DNA of 64,000 nt from Candidatus Nomurabacteria bacterium (GTDB lineage: Bacteria; Patescibacteriota; Minisyncoccia; Phycocordibacterales; UBA9973): positions 301,684-365,683 of the forward strand of contig CP064973.1 of NCBI GenBank assembly GCA_016699365.1. The letters are read 5' to 3'. The first letter of the stretch is position 1, and each line of letters opens with the position of its first letter. A program made the translations under genes and the position numbers. Below are positions 9,802-19,496 of the stretch, one piece after another. The notes beneath the pieces are model-generated. The model did not search any database and had not been told where the DNA came from. It saw only the letters and a program-made list of their open reading frames with translations.

Positions 9802-11616
9802 ATGTCAGAACAACCCCCAAAGGTTTCAGATATTAACCCAAGCCAACTAATAGCTTATTTGGATGAGCAAATCCTGAAGGATGTGGCAAACCATCTTTTT
9901 ATAAAAGCGAGACTAGAAAAGCCAGTAGCTGAATTTTCCAAGACCAAAGACCCTGAGTCTATAAGAAAGATACTCGTTATTTTAAGAGATTCTGGCAAAA
10001 TAACCAAAGATGAAGCCTCTTTGGTAGCAGATTCTTTCAATGAATATATGAAAATTCATAACATAACAGGATCTATTGATATTTCTGTTTCTGCAGAAAA
10101 AATTAAAAATACAGACAATGAATCTAGTGTTGATTTAGATGCCACCGAAGTTTTTACTGTCGGTGTTTTTAGTGCAGATGAATTGATGCAAGAAATTGAC
10201 AGTCAGATAGAAAAATTAAAAGTAGCAGATCGCAAGAAGATAAAAAAGATATTGGAGGCTTTTCAAGAAGGTGTTGTTAAGTCAGTAAAAAATGAGCTTT
10301 TGAAAAAAGTTAAATCAACTGATGAATCAACTGTAAACAAAATACTTTTGATTGTAGAAAAGTATCTTAAGACACATGATGTAGAAAAAAAAGAACAAGA
10401 AATTTCAGATCGTTCGGAAGTAAAAAACAAAAGACCAACAAAGGTGGTAAAAGATCTAAAAGATTTGGACCTCGATGCTATAGAATCAGAATCTCAGGAC
10501 GGAATACAAACAGAAAGTGCAGAAGAGCTTAAGGTGTTAGGGCAATATAACACCCTAGTTGATCTTGGTTGGACAAAAAAACAAATCAAGAGTTTTTCTG
10601 AACAAAGAAGAGAAGAGATAGCTAAAAGAGGCGAGAAAAATCCCAACAGTCCTAAATTTAAAGAAATTGTTTCAAGTGATAAAAACTTAGGTTTAAATGC
10701 AGACGCTATTTTCGATAGACTCACAGCTATTCTTGAAAAGGGTAGTCCTTATAAAGATTCTGATGTAAAAGTTTTCAGAGGAGAAAAATTCTTAGATAAA
10801 GACTCTGGGATGATATTTGAGGTTGTAGATACAATCCGTACAGAAGAAGATCCAGAAGGATTGGATGATTCAGAAAAGTTTGCTTACTACGAAAATCATG
10901 ATCAGGTTTTATTGGAAGGTCCATTTGATTATGAGACTGGTAAAAATATTACCAAAAAAATAAGCAACAGAGAATTTGCTGATTTAATTGCGAATGAATC
11001 TTTTGTTTCTACAACAGATAAAAATCCTGAAGTTACAGGAGGTTCAAACGAGGAAATTGATTCTCTGGAGGACGAAATAAATAGACTAGTGAAGCAACTC
11101 GATGGACTTAGGGCGCCAAAAACAAACAACGAGCGTTCTCTAAAAGAAGATTTACAAAAAGAAGTTTTTGAGAAAAGAAATAAACTAAAAGAGCTTGTGA
11201 GTTTAGAAAACAAAGATAGTATAATAGAAGGTAAAATAATGCGTTTTATAGAAAATGCAGGAATCCCATTTGAGTATGGAGATATTCTTTTACCTATAAA
11301 TGGTGGAAATGAATTCATAATAAAACACCCATTTACTGAATTTGAAGGTCAGACACTATATACTTATACTTATTACAAAATAGCCAGATATAATATAAAA
11401 AATCCACCCAAAGATATTCCTAAAAATAAACTAGAAGATTTTCAGTATTCTGAACGCAAAGATTTTAAGTCTGAAGATATTACAAAATACAGGGTAACAA
11501 AAAGAGAATATCTTGGTATACTTTTGAAGACTGTAGAAATAGAGAAAAATAAGATACAAGAAAAAAGAAACTTATTGGAATTATTAAAAGAAGAGATTAA
11601 AAAAAGGGATTTGTAA
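9802..11616 (+). CDS. Hypothetical 604-aa protein, highly charged (K/E/D-rich) with predicted coiled-coil segments, no TM segment
   Basis: Long ORF with coherent codon usage; no recognisable catalytic motif. Confidence 0.65.
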   Translation: MSEQPPKVSDINPSQLIAYLDEQILKDVANHLFIKARLEKPVAEFSKTKDPESIRKILVILRDSGKITKDEASLVADSFNEYMKIHNITGSIDISVSAEKIKNTDNESSVDLDATEVFTVGVFSADELMQEIDSQIEKLKVADRKKIKKILEAFQEGVVKSVKNELLKKVKSTDESTVNKILLIVEKYLKTHDVEKKEQEISDRSEVKNKRPTKVVKDLKDLDLDAIESESQDGIQTESAEELKVLGQYNTLVDLGWTKKQIKSFSEQRREEIAKRGEKNPNSPKFKEIVSSDKNLGLNADAIFDRLTAILEKGSPYKDSDVKVFRGEKFLDKDSGMIFEVVDTIRTEEDPEGLDDSEKFAYYENHDQVLLEGPFDYETGKNITKKISNREFADLIANESFVSTTDKNPEVTGGSNEEIDSLEDEINRLVKQLDGLRAPKTNNERSLKEDLQKEVFEKRNKLKELVSLENKDSIIEGKIMRFIENAGIPFEYGDILLPINGGNEFIIKHPFTEFEGQTLYTYTYYKIARYNIKNPPKDIPKNKLEDFQYSERKDFKSEDITKYRVTKREYLGILLKTVEIEKNKIQEKRNLLELLKEEIKKRDL

Positions 11617-11643
11617 AATAATTATTAATTTTATTTAAAATAT

Positions 11644-14600
11644 ATGAGCGAAAAAGACCCAGGATTTAACAAACTTACTAAACAAGAGCTCCAAGATAAG
11701 GCAGACGCTCTTGAGAAAGAAATAGAGAAAGGCTCAGCAAATCTGGGTTCTTTGGAAAGCAAGATACTTGAAGCTCTTCAAGAGGATAAGATTTCTAAAA
11801 AATCTTCTAGTAAAAAGTCTGATACAAAAAAGCATAATACTAAGCGCGGAGGAAATACTCCAAAGTCTGAAGAAAAAAATGATAAAATAGAAAATCCTAC
11901 TCGAAAAGAAGCAAACGACTTTTTAGATAAAATAGTAGAAGGCACTCCTCTGTATTTTAATCAAACTAAAGAAACAAGAATTGTAGAAACTATCACAGAA
12001 AATAAATCAGGTGTAAAAACTTACAATCTAGATGATGGCTCTTCTCATACTGACAAAGCTTTGTTTTATGCTAGAACAGTTGGGAAAGTTGGTATAGGCA
12101 ATCTTGAAACAGAAAAAAATAAGACAAATACAAAAAGTGAAATACTTGATATTGGAGGTGGTATAAAAATCACAGCAGGACAAGAGTATGCAGATAGTGA
12201 CAGACCTTCCGTTAAGTATGAGATTGTTAAAGTAGAAAACGGAAAAGTTTTTTATAAAATGTCTGGTAGTAGAGCAGTTTCAAGTATGACCGAAGAAAAA
12301 ACTCGTAAGTTTTTTGAATCTAATCCAAACATGAAACTAGTTGGTCAAACATGGGAAGTTTCTAAATCTAAAAAAGAAAAAGATCCAAAGCCCGATACAC
12401 AAACCCAAGAAGCTCCTATTGGGGGTGTTTCTATGACAAAAGAGGGTGCAGATGCTCGTGTCGCTTCTCTTGCGATCGGAGATATATTGTACGGTGTTTC
12501 TGCAGATGAATACGCAGAAATTACAAATATTGAAACTAAGGGTAAGGGAAATAAAAAGAAAAAAATATATACACTTGAAAAACGTGCAAATGGGGAAGTG
12601 ATGACATATTCTGCAGCTGAATTGGCTGAAAGATTTTTACTTGGTAAGGTTGCGATTGATTCTTCGAGTGAATATATCGGAAAAATTGAAAAACCAGAAT
12701 ATGATATTGGCGCTATTAAAAATGCAGTAAATGATTTGGATATAGGTGCTGTGGTAAAAGGAAAAGATAGTGGAGAAGAATACACACTTATCCGATTGAT
12801 TACCGACAAAAATGGTAATAAGATTTTTGAATTTGAAAATAATAAAACTGGAGACAAAAGATCTGAGAGCGAGAGGGAGATGGTAAATTCACTTAAAAAT
12901 GATGCATTTGAAATATTGTCTACAAGTGGAGTCCAAGAATTTAAAGAACAGAAACCAGAAGATGTTTTAGCAGAAGAACAGAATGAACCTGCTGAGGAAA
13001 ATGCTAAAGAAACTAAAACAAAAGAACCAAAAATACAAAAAGAGGAAAAAGGAGTATCTCCTTCGGAGGATTTAACTACTGCAAGAGATGCTTATATGGC
13101 TAGTTACAGAGCTATGCTTGCTGAGCGACAGAGTGTAATGAAAGGAAAGAGAAATATATTTGGAAAAATATGGTCAAAAGTAGTGGGTGAAAAGATATCC
13201 AAAGAAGATCTTCCAGAAGACAATGCAAAATTAGTTGCATATGAACAAGCAAAGAAAGATTATGAAAATGCAAAAGTTGGATATGGAAATTATTTGTATG
13301 CAAAGAAGAAAGAGGATCTTGATAAAACTAAAATATCTAAAGAGAGCAAAGTAAAAGCTCTTGTTGACTATAAATCTGGAGAACTTTTCAAAAAACTCAT
13401 ATTAGATGAAGGAGATATTTTAGAGAAAGGAAAAATAGAGGCACTTCCAAAAAGAGAACAGGGGGTCTTATTAAAAGCTCTTCAGTGGTATGGAGAGGTT
13501 CAGCCTAGATACAAGCGTGTGGCACTATCAGTTCTAATAGGTACAGGTGTAGCAGCACTTTCTGCTGGAAGCTTAGCAGCTCTCGGTGGTGCGGCTATAG
13601 GAGTAGGTGCTCGTGTAGTGGGTGGAGCAATAGCAGGAGAAGCAGGCATAGGAATAAAGAGTCTCTTCTTTAGCCAGAAAAAAATTGATAAGGGATTTGA
13701 GAAAAGGAAAAAAACACTTGGACAAGGTTCTGGAGAGGGAGAATTTTCAGAGGAATGGTTGAAATCCCAAGAAGGTGTATTTGGTGCAGAATTGAAGAGG
13801 AAAAAGAAATTAGAAAAAGTAAATCGTTATATAAATGCAGGTATTAGACTGGGTTCAAGTGTTGGTGCAGGTCTTATGGCCGGACACTTTGCTGCTGAGA
13901 ATGCAAATGAAGGCACAGGTCCAGTAATTGATCACACTCCACCACCAGAACCAGAGATTGAGACTATAAATCCTCTTGCAACTGTTCAGCCTGGAGATGG
14001 TGTTGAGCATGTATTTATTCGCCAAATTGAAGCTGATCCAGATCTTGCACGTTCTATGGGTTGGGATGGAAATTCTAGTCTACATACTTTTGCTCAAGGT
14101 GAAGCACATAGACTGGCTATAAATACAGGATACTTCAACAATGGAACAGAGCTTCGACTTGGATATGACACAATAGGCCACTCTTCTTATGTTATTACTG
14201 AAATGCCAGATGGTAGTTTTGGTGTTAGAGAATTTATAGATGGAAAACTAATTGAAACTCATAGTGCTGGATCTCCTTTTGAAGCTACTCCAGATGAAAC
14301 AGAATATATTTATCATGGTTCAAGAAGCGGTGGAACATTGGATGCAGAACCAGATGTTTCTAGCTCTACAGATATCGGGCAAAATCAGATGGGTGGCACT
14401 ACCGATATACTTGATAGTGTCGGACAAAACCAAATGGGCGCGTCGGCTGCAAATGGTATAGACAATACTGTTCTTACTAAAGGCAATCAAATAGATTTGG
14501 GTGCTAAGAGTGGGGCACAAATGGGCGAGGTGGAAACAGTAGATGCTTCTGCTCCAGAAACCCCTGCTGCTACAACTGATGCTTCTGTAGGAGTAAATAC

Positions 14601-14982
14601 TCCAGAAGTTAGTGCAGACAGTCTTTCTTTGGAAGTTGATAAAAATACTACTGATTTTATAAATAAATACTTAGACAATAGTTCTGTAGAAGGTGTAAAT
14701 ACTAGAACATGGGAGATATGGCAAAGTTATCCTTCTGATTCAATATACGAGACGGATGAATTGGGTCGTATTACACATTCAATAAACTTTGATGGTAATT
14801 ATGAAGATACTCCTGGTCATGTAGTAGAAACTGCTTCAAAAGCAGATACAAGAGCAATTAATAATATGCTTGATGATATCGAAAAACTTGCCAACAAATT
14901 CGGGATTCCTCCGACAACAGGTCAAACACTTCAATCTTACATAGAAACTTTGCAAAAAGCTGAGATACAAAATGCAAAATAA
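11644..14982 (+). CDS. Hypothetical 1112-aa protein: charged coiled-coil N-terminal half, Gly/Ala-rich TM hairpin (residues ~625-675), Thr/Gly-rich C-terminal domain
   Basis: Long ORF; glycine-zipper-like hydrophobic segment VALSVLIGTGVAALSAGSLAALGGAAIGVG; short internal repeats GQNQMG. Confidence 0.65.
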   Translation: MSEKDPGFNKLTKQELQDKADALEKEIEKGSANLGSLESKILEALQEDKISKKSSSKKSDTKKHNTKRGGNTPKSEEKNDKIENPTRKEANDFLDKIVEGTPLYFNQTKETRIVETITENKSGVKTYNLDDGSSHTDKALFYARTVGKVGIGNLETEKNKTNTKSEILDIGGGIKITAGQEYADSDRPSVKYEIVKVENGKVFYKMSGSRAVSSMTEEKTRKFFESNPNMKLVGQTWEVSKSKKEKDPKPDTQTQEAPIGGVSMTKEGADARVASLAIGDILYGVSADEYAEITNIETKGKGNKKKKIYTLEKRANGEVMTYSAAELAERFLLGKVAIDSSSEYIGKIEKPEYDIGAIKNAVNDLDIGAVVKGKDSGEEYTLIRLITDKNGNKIFEFENNKTGDKRSESEREMVNSLKNDAFEILSTSGVQEFKEQKPEDVLAEEQNEPAEENAKETKTKEPKIQKEEKGVSPSEDLTTARDAYMASYRAMLAERQSVMKGKRNIFGKIWSKVVGEKISKEDLPEDNAKLVAYEQAKKDYENAKVGYGNYLYAKKKEDLDKTKISKESKVKALVDYKSGELFKKLILDEGDILEKGKIEALPKREQGVLLKALQWYGEVQPRYKRVALSVLIGTGVAALSAGSLAALGGAAIGVGARVVGGAIAGEAGIGIKSLFFSQKKIDKGFEKRKKTLGQGSGEGEFSEEWLKSQEGVFGAELKRKKKLEKVNRYINAGIRLGSSVGAGLMAGHFAAENANEGTGPVIDHTPPPEPEIETINPLATVQPGDGVEHVFIRQIEADPDLARSMGWDGNSSLHTFAQGEAHRLAINTGYFNNGTELRLGYDTIGHSSYVITEMPDGSFGVREFIDGKLIETHSAGSPFEATPDETEYIYHGSRSGGTLDAEPDVSSSTDIGQNQMGGTTDILDSVGQNQMGASAANGIDNTVLTKGNQIDLGAKSGAQMGEVETVDASAPETPAATTDASVGVNTPEVSADSLSLEVDKNTTDFINKYLDNSSVEGVNTRTWEIWQSYPSDSIYETDELGRITHSINFDGNYEDTPGHVVETASKADTRAINNMLDDIEKLANKFGIPPTTGQTLQSYIETLQKAEIQNAK

Positions 14983-15003
14983 TTATTATTTAAATTAAAA
15001 AAT

Positions 15004-15309
15004 ATGGATCAAAAATTACGTCAAACAATTATAAATGCATACAATCTCGGCTCTCTATCAGAAGATGAGCAAAATGATATTATCGAGCGAATAGGCTCAC
15101 TAATATTTCAAGGAATACTAATGAGAGTCATGGAGGATATGCCAGAGACTCTTCAATCAGAATTTGAAGAGATGTTAGATAAAGACGCATCTCCTGAAAT
15201 GATAATTGGCTTCTTGCGTGAAAATGTACGAGACTTTGAAAATATCGCAAAAGAAGAAGCTGAAAAATTTCAAAGAGAAAGTATGTCAGTGATGAGTCAG
15301 ATAGGATAA
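15004..15309 (+). CDS. Hypothetical small acidic helical protein (101 aa)
   Basis: Last gene of the 9802-15309 operon; followed by a terminator. Confidence 0.55.
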   Translation: MDQKLRQTIINAYNLGSLSEDEQNDIIERIGSLIFQGILMRVMEDMPETLQSEFEEMLDKDASPEMIIGFLRENVRDFENIAKEEAEKFQRESMSVMSQIG

Positions 15310-15321
15310 AAATATTTTAAA

Positions 15322-15350
15322 AGAAAAAACCCGCCCTGCGGGTTTTTTCT
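15322..15350 (+). terminator. Rho-independent terminator (CCCGC-CCT-GCGGG + T6)
   Basis: GC hairpin plus T tract 13 nt after the stop codon. Confidence 0.7.
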
Positions 15351-15700
15351 TTGTTTGTTTCTTTTCGTTACTTTTTTGAAAAAGTAACACAAAAACTTCT
15401 TTGCATATGACCCTGTGTATATTCACAAGACTCGAACTCATTAAAAGTATTAACTCCCCCACGGCCGCGGGGTCAAACAGAATACTTTTTCCTAACGGAA
15501 CATTCGTCCTCTTCTGTTCATATAAACACAGGGTCACAAGGCAAAGTTTGAATTCAAATACATCAGATGCCTGCCTTTTAAAAGACTAGCGAGCGTGGCG
15601 ACACGAGCCTGCCTGTCGACAGACAGGCTCGAGGAATTTTCTAGCAAGAAAATATCCGTACTTTTAAAAGGCAGGCATGAAGAATAGTTTTCCAGAAGCT
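15351..15700. repeat. Structured intergenic element, copy B (candidate ncRNA): two large stem-loop domains
   Basis: 5' core homologous to copy A. A 10-bp stem GACCCTGTGT(15409-18)/ACACAGGGTC(15527-36) encloses ~110 nt. A perfect 16-bp stem GCCTGCCTTTTAAAAG(15569-84)/CTTTTAAAAGGCAGGC(15661-76) encloses a GC-rich near-perfect palindrome at 15604-15631. Confidence 0.5.
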
Positions 15701-15784
15701 AAACTTTAAAAAACCAATTATAAAATTAAGGTTAAAAAAGTTTATATAAAAATTTATAGCTCGTATGTTATAGTCTATAGACTT

Positions 15785-17701
15785 ATGAAACATCTTGATG
15801 GTCTAAATGAAGCGCAGTTAGAAGCAGTTATTGCAACTGAGGGCCCTTTGATGATTGTCGCTGGAGCTGGTGCAGGAAAAACTAAAACTATTACTCACAG
15901 AATACTGGAGTTAATACATAAAGGCATAGATCCAGATAAAATTTTAGCTATTACGTTTACAAATAAGGCCGCAAGTGAAATGCGTGAGAGAGTAATGCAT
16001 GCAATTGGCGATATGAGACTATCGACCAAGCCTTTTATATCTACTTTTCATGCTCTAGGTGTCCATATTCTAAAAGAAAACGCACGGGAAGTTGGAATAA
16101 CAAGACATTTTACAATACTCGATGAGTCTGATGCTGTTTCGATGATAAAAGAATCTATTCGTGAAGAAGGTTTAGATCCAAAAGAACACGAGCCGAGAAA
16201 ATATAAATATGTAATCTCAAAAGAGAAGGGAGATTTTTTTACTCAAGAAGAATATGCGGCAAAGGTGGGGAGTGCGGCAGAGGAATTATATGCACGTATA
16301 TGGGCTCGATATGAAATAAAGAAGAAAAAAGAAAATGCTTTGGATTTTGATGATCTTTTATTAAAAAGCGTTTTACTGCTTAAAAAGAATCCCGAGATAA
16401 AGAAATCTTATCAATCTAGATGGAAGTATGTTCATATAGATGAATATCAGGACACAAACCAAGTCCAATACGAACTTTCAAAACTTTTAGTCGGCGAAGA
16501 AAGACATATATGTGTCGTAGGGGATACAGATCAGAATATATATTCTTGGAGAGGGGCAAATCTAAAAAATATGCTTAGATTTGAAAAAGATTATCCAAAT
16601 GCAAAAATAGTTTTTCTTGAGCAGAATTATCGTTCTACCAGTGTAATACTTGAGGCTGCAAATACTGTTATACAAAAAAATACTGTCCGCGTACCTAAGA
16701 ATCTCTTTACCTTAAAAGAAGGTGGAGAAAAAATAACCCTAAAAGAATGTTTTGGTGAAATAGACGAAGCGCATTTTGTTGCTGAAACTGCCTCTTCCTA
16801 TATACGTGACGGTGTAGAAGCTAGTGATATCGCTGTGCTCTATAGAGCAAATTTCCAGTCTCGTGTTATAGAAGAAGCTATGTTAGATATTGGTTTGCCT
16901 TACCAAGTTTTAGGTACAAAATTCTTTGATCGAAAAGAAATCAAAGACATGCTTTCTTACATCAGGGCTTCACTAAACAGAGATTCGCTTTCTGATATAA
17001 GACGCATAATAAATACACCTGTCCGTGGTATAGGTAAAACAACTATGTTGAAAGTTATGGCAGGTGATACAGAGAGTCTTCCTCCAGCTATGAAAGCAAA
17101 GATAAAAGTTTTTTATGAAAAGCTTGAGGCAATAAATAATTTTGCGCAGTTCAATGTGCCAAGTGAAATTATAAAATTTACTCTCTCAGAATCTGGCATA
17201 GAAGATGCTTATAAGGCTGGTACAGAAGAAGAGCAAGAAAGATTGGAAAATATAAAAGAACTTGTTACACTCGCAACTCGTTATGACTCGCTTGGTCCAC
17301 AAGAAGGTTTGGACGCACTCCTCACAAGTGCAGCTCTTGCGAGTGACCAAGACACACTAGAAGGAGCTGGTGCTGGTGTAAAACTTATGACAGTTCATGC
17401 GGCAAAGGGACTTGAATTTAAAGTTGTATTTATTGTTGGACTCGAAGAAGGTCTTTTTCCTCATGAGCGTGCAGGTCAATATAAAAAGACTGAAGAAGCC
17501 GAAGAGGAGCGTAGACTTTTCTATGTCGCGATTACTCGCGCAAAAGAAAAGCTCTATCTAACTTACGCTACAACTCGTACAATATACGGTATGCGTCAAA
17601 TAAACAGTCAGTCTAGTTTTATTTCTGATATACCTGCACATCTAATTAACTTCGAACAAGATGGCCAGAGCGGAATACTGAAAACTATTTTTCTTGATTA
17701 A
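15785..17701 (+). CDS. pcrA: ATP-dependent DNA helicase, UvrD/PcrA/Rep family
   Basis: Motifs AGAGAGKTKTITHRI (Walker A), LAITFTNKAA, IDEYQDTN and VGDTDQNIYSWRGA. Confidence 0.8.
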   Translation: MKHLDGLNEAQLEAVIATEGPLMIVAGAGAGKTKTITHRILELIHKGIDPDKILAITFTNKAASEMRERVMHAIGDMRLSTKPFISTFHALGVHILKENAREVGITRHFTILDESDAVSMIKESIREEGLDPKEHEPRKYKYVISKEKGDFFTQEEYAAKVGSAAEELYARIWARYEIKKKKENALDFDDLLLKSVLLLKKNPEIKKSYQSRWKYVHIDEYQDTNQVQYELSKLLVGEERHICVVGDTDQNIYSWRGANLKNMLRFEKDYPNAKIVFLEQNYRSTSVILEAANTVIQKNTVRVPKNLFTLKEGGEKITLKECFGEIDEAHFVAETASSYIRDGVEASDIAVLYRANFQSRVIEEAMLDIGLPYQVLGTKFFDRKEIKDMLSYIRASLNRDSLSDIRRIINTPVRGIGKTTMLKVMAGDTESLPPAMKAKIKVFYEKLEAINNFAQFNVPSEIIKFTLSESGIEDAYKAGTEEEQERLENIKELVTLATRYDSLGPQEGLDALLTSAALASDQDTLEGAGAGVKLMTVHAAKGLEFKVVFIVGLEEGLFPHERAGQYKKTEEAEEERRLFYVAITRAKEKLYLTYATTRTIYGMRQINSQSSFISDIPAHLINFEQDGQSGILKTIFLD

Positions 17702-17704
17702 TAT

Positions 17705-18517
17705 ATGAAACACATTGCAAAAAAATCTTTAGGGCAAAATTTCTTGAACTCACCAGGGGCAATTTCTAAGATGGTAAGTGCTGCAGGTGCTAGAGAAAAA
17801 GATATTGTTTTGGAAATAGGTCCTGGTAAGGGAGTTTTAACTCGTGCTCTCTTGAATACAGCAGGCAAGGTTGTTGCTATTGAAAAAGATTATGAATTAG
17901 CCGCCTTCCTTCATGAGGAATTTAAAAAAGAGATAGATGAAGGCAGACTAGAAATCATAGAAGGTGATGCGCTAGATTTTGATCCGCAAAAAATGTCTTT
18001 TTATAAGAATTTTGAATATAAACTGATTGCCAATATTCCATATAATATAACTGGTGCAATTTTTGAAAAATTTTTGTCAGCAAAGTATCAACCATCTGTT
18101 TTAGTTCTACTTATTCAAGACGAGGTAGCAAAGAGAATAGTTGCTAAATCTAGTAAAGAAAGCATCTTGTCTATATCTATAAAAGCCTATGGAGATCCAG
18201 TTTATATACAGAAAGTTGTACGAGGCTCTTTTTTTCCGATTCCGGGAGTTGATTCAGCTATTTTGGCGGTAAATAATATTTCTCGTAATAATTTTGAAGA
18301 TTTAGAGCATGAAACTGTATTTTTTAGTCTACTTAAAATAGGTTTTTCTCATAAAAGGAAGAAATTGGCAGGAAATCTAAGGGATTATTCAAAAGACATA
18401 GAGTGGAGAACTATCTTAAGCTCTATTGGGGTTGATTCAGAAATTAGAGCTGAAGATTTGGATTTAAAAGATTGGATTTTGCTCGGTAAAACTATTTTAG
18501 ATATTAACAGGAGTTAG
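17705..18517 (+). CDS. rsmA: 16S rRNA (adenine1518/1519-N6)-dimethyltransferase
   Basis: Motifs LGQNFL and VLEIGPGKGVLT (SAM-binding), plus NIPYNIT. Confidence 0.85.
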   Translation: MKHIAKKSLGQNFLNSPGAISKMVSAAGAREKDIVLEIGPGKGVLTRALLNTAGKVVAIEKDYELAAFLHEEFKKEIDEGRLEIIEGDALDFDPQKMSFYKNFEYKLIANIPYNITGAIFEKFLSAKYQPSVLVLLIQDEVAKRIVAKSSKESILSISIKAYGDPVYIQKVVRGSFFPIPGVDSAILAVNNISRNNFEDLEHETVFFSLLKIGFSHKRKKLAGNLRDYSKDIEWRTILSSIGVDSEIRAEDLDLKDWILLGKTILDINRS

Positions 18518-18554
18518 TCTACATATAATTTTCTAGAGTGTATAATGACTCCAT

Positions 18555-19469
18555 ATGAATACTCAGTTTTCTAAGTACCTGCCTAGCAAGAATTTTCAAA
18601 AAGCCATATTTGCTATTGTATTAGGAATTATAATTTTATTCCTAGTATCTAAAATTCCAAGTTTTATAAAAAAACAAGAACCAAAGAAAGAGCCTTTTGC
18701 TGTTCTTGAAGTAGGGGAACTTGTTGAACAAGATGCCGATGGTGATGGTCTAAAAGATTGGGAAGAGCCTATGTGGGGTATGGATCCTGAAAATCGTGAT
18801 ACAAATGGCGACGGTGTGAGTGATGGAGAAGAAGTTTCTAGAATAAAGGCTTCCTTGGGATCAGGAGGTTTGCAAGACACAGAAGATATTGATTTGACTC
18901 AAACAGAGACTTTTAGCCAGCAATTGTTCTCTCTAATATCAGCACTTCAAGAAAATGGCGAACTAACAGACCAATCTGAGGAGAGTATTATTGCAGAGAT
19001 ATCTGCCTTTATTCAAGACAGTCCTGAAGGAACTGTTTATTATATGAAAGATATAAAAACAGTATCTGATACTAGCGTGAATGCTGTTGCATATATAAAG
19101 GCAGTCGATAGTGCGTTTGCAAAATATCCAATAGAGCCTTTGGACTTTATTCTTTTTGATACCGTGGTAACTACACCCAATACAAAATCAGTCAATTCTG
19201 AATTGAAAGCAGTTTCAGATAAATATAAATCATTGGCTGACACGCTACTTGCTACTCCAGTTGTTGTTGGTGAAAGTGCTGTACACTTGGCCCTGTTAAA
19301 TAGTATTGTTTCCGCAGCAGAAATGTTTGAAAATATTTCTAGATATGCAATAGATCCGATACCGGCACTTGCAAGTGCTTATCAGGCAGGTTCTATAGTA
19401 GATGCTATGCTCTCAAATCTAGAAACTTTGAACCAAGACATAATCGATGCAACTAGTACAAATAATTAG
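18555..19469 (+). CDS. Hypothetical N-terminally membrane-anchored protein with Ca-binding-like DxDxDG repeats
   Basis: N-terminal TM segment; DADGDGLKDWEE...DTNGDGVSDGEE (thrombospondin-type-3/EF-like); helical remainder. Confidence 0.55.
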   Translation: MNTQFSKYLPSKNFQKAIFAIVLGIIILFLVSKIPSFIKKQEPKKEPFAVLEVGELVEQDADGDGLKDWEEPMWGMDPENRDTNGDGVSDGEEVSRIKASLGSGGLQDTEDIDLTQTETFSQQLFSLISALQENGELTDQSEESIIAEISAFIQDSPEGTVYYMKDIKTVSDTSVNAVAYIKAVDSAFAKYPIEPLDFILFDTVVTTPNTKSVNSELKAVSDKYKSLADTLLATPVVVGESAVHLALLNSIVSAAEMFENISRYAIDPIPALASAYQAGSIVDAMLSNLETLNQDIIDATSTNN

Positions 19470-19496
19470 CCATAATGTTACAATTAAAATACTTTT

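Noticed and set aside
15401-15589. 62-aa and 83-aa ORFs inside structured element B
   Set aside because: They overlap extensive palindromic structure, have no promoter or RBS context and an odd composition; the region is better explained as noncoding.
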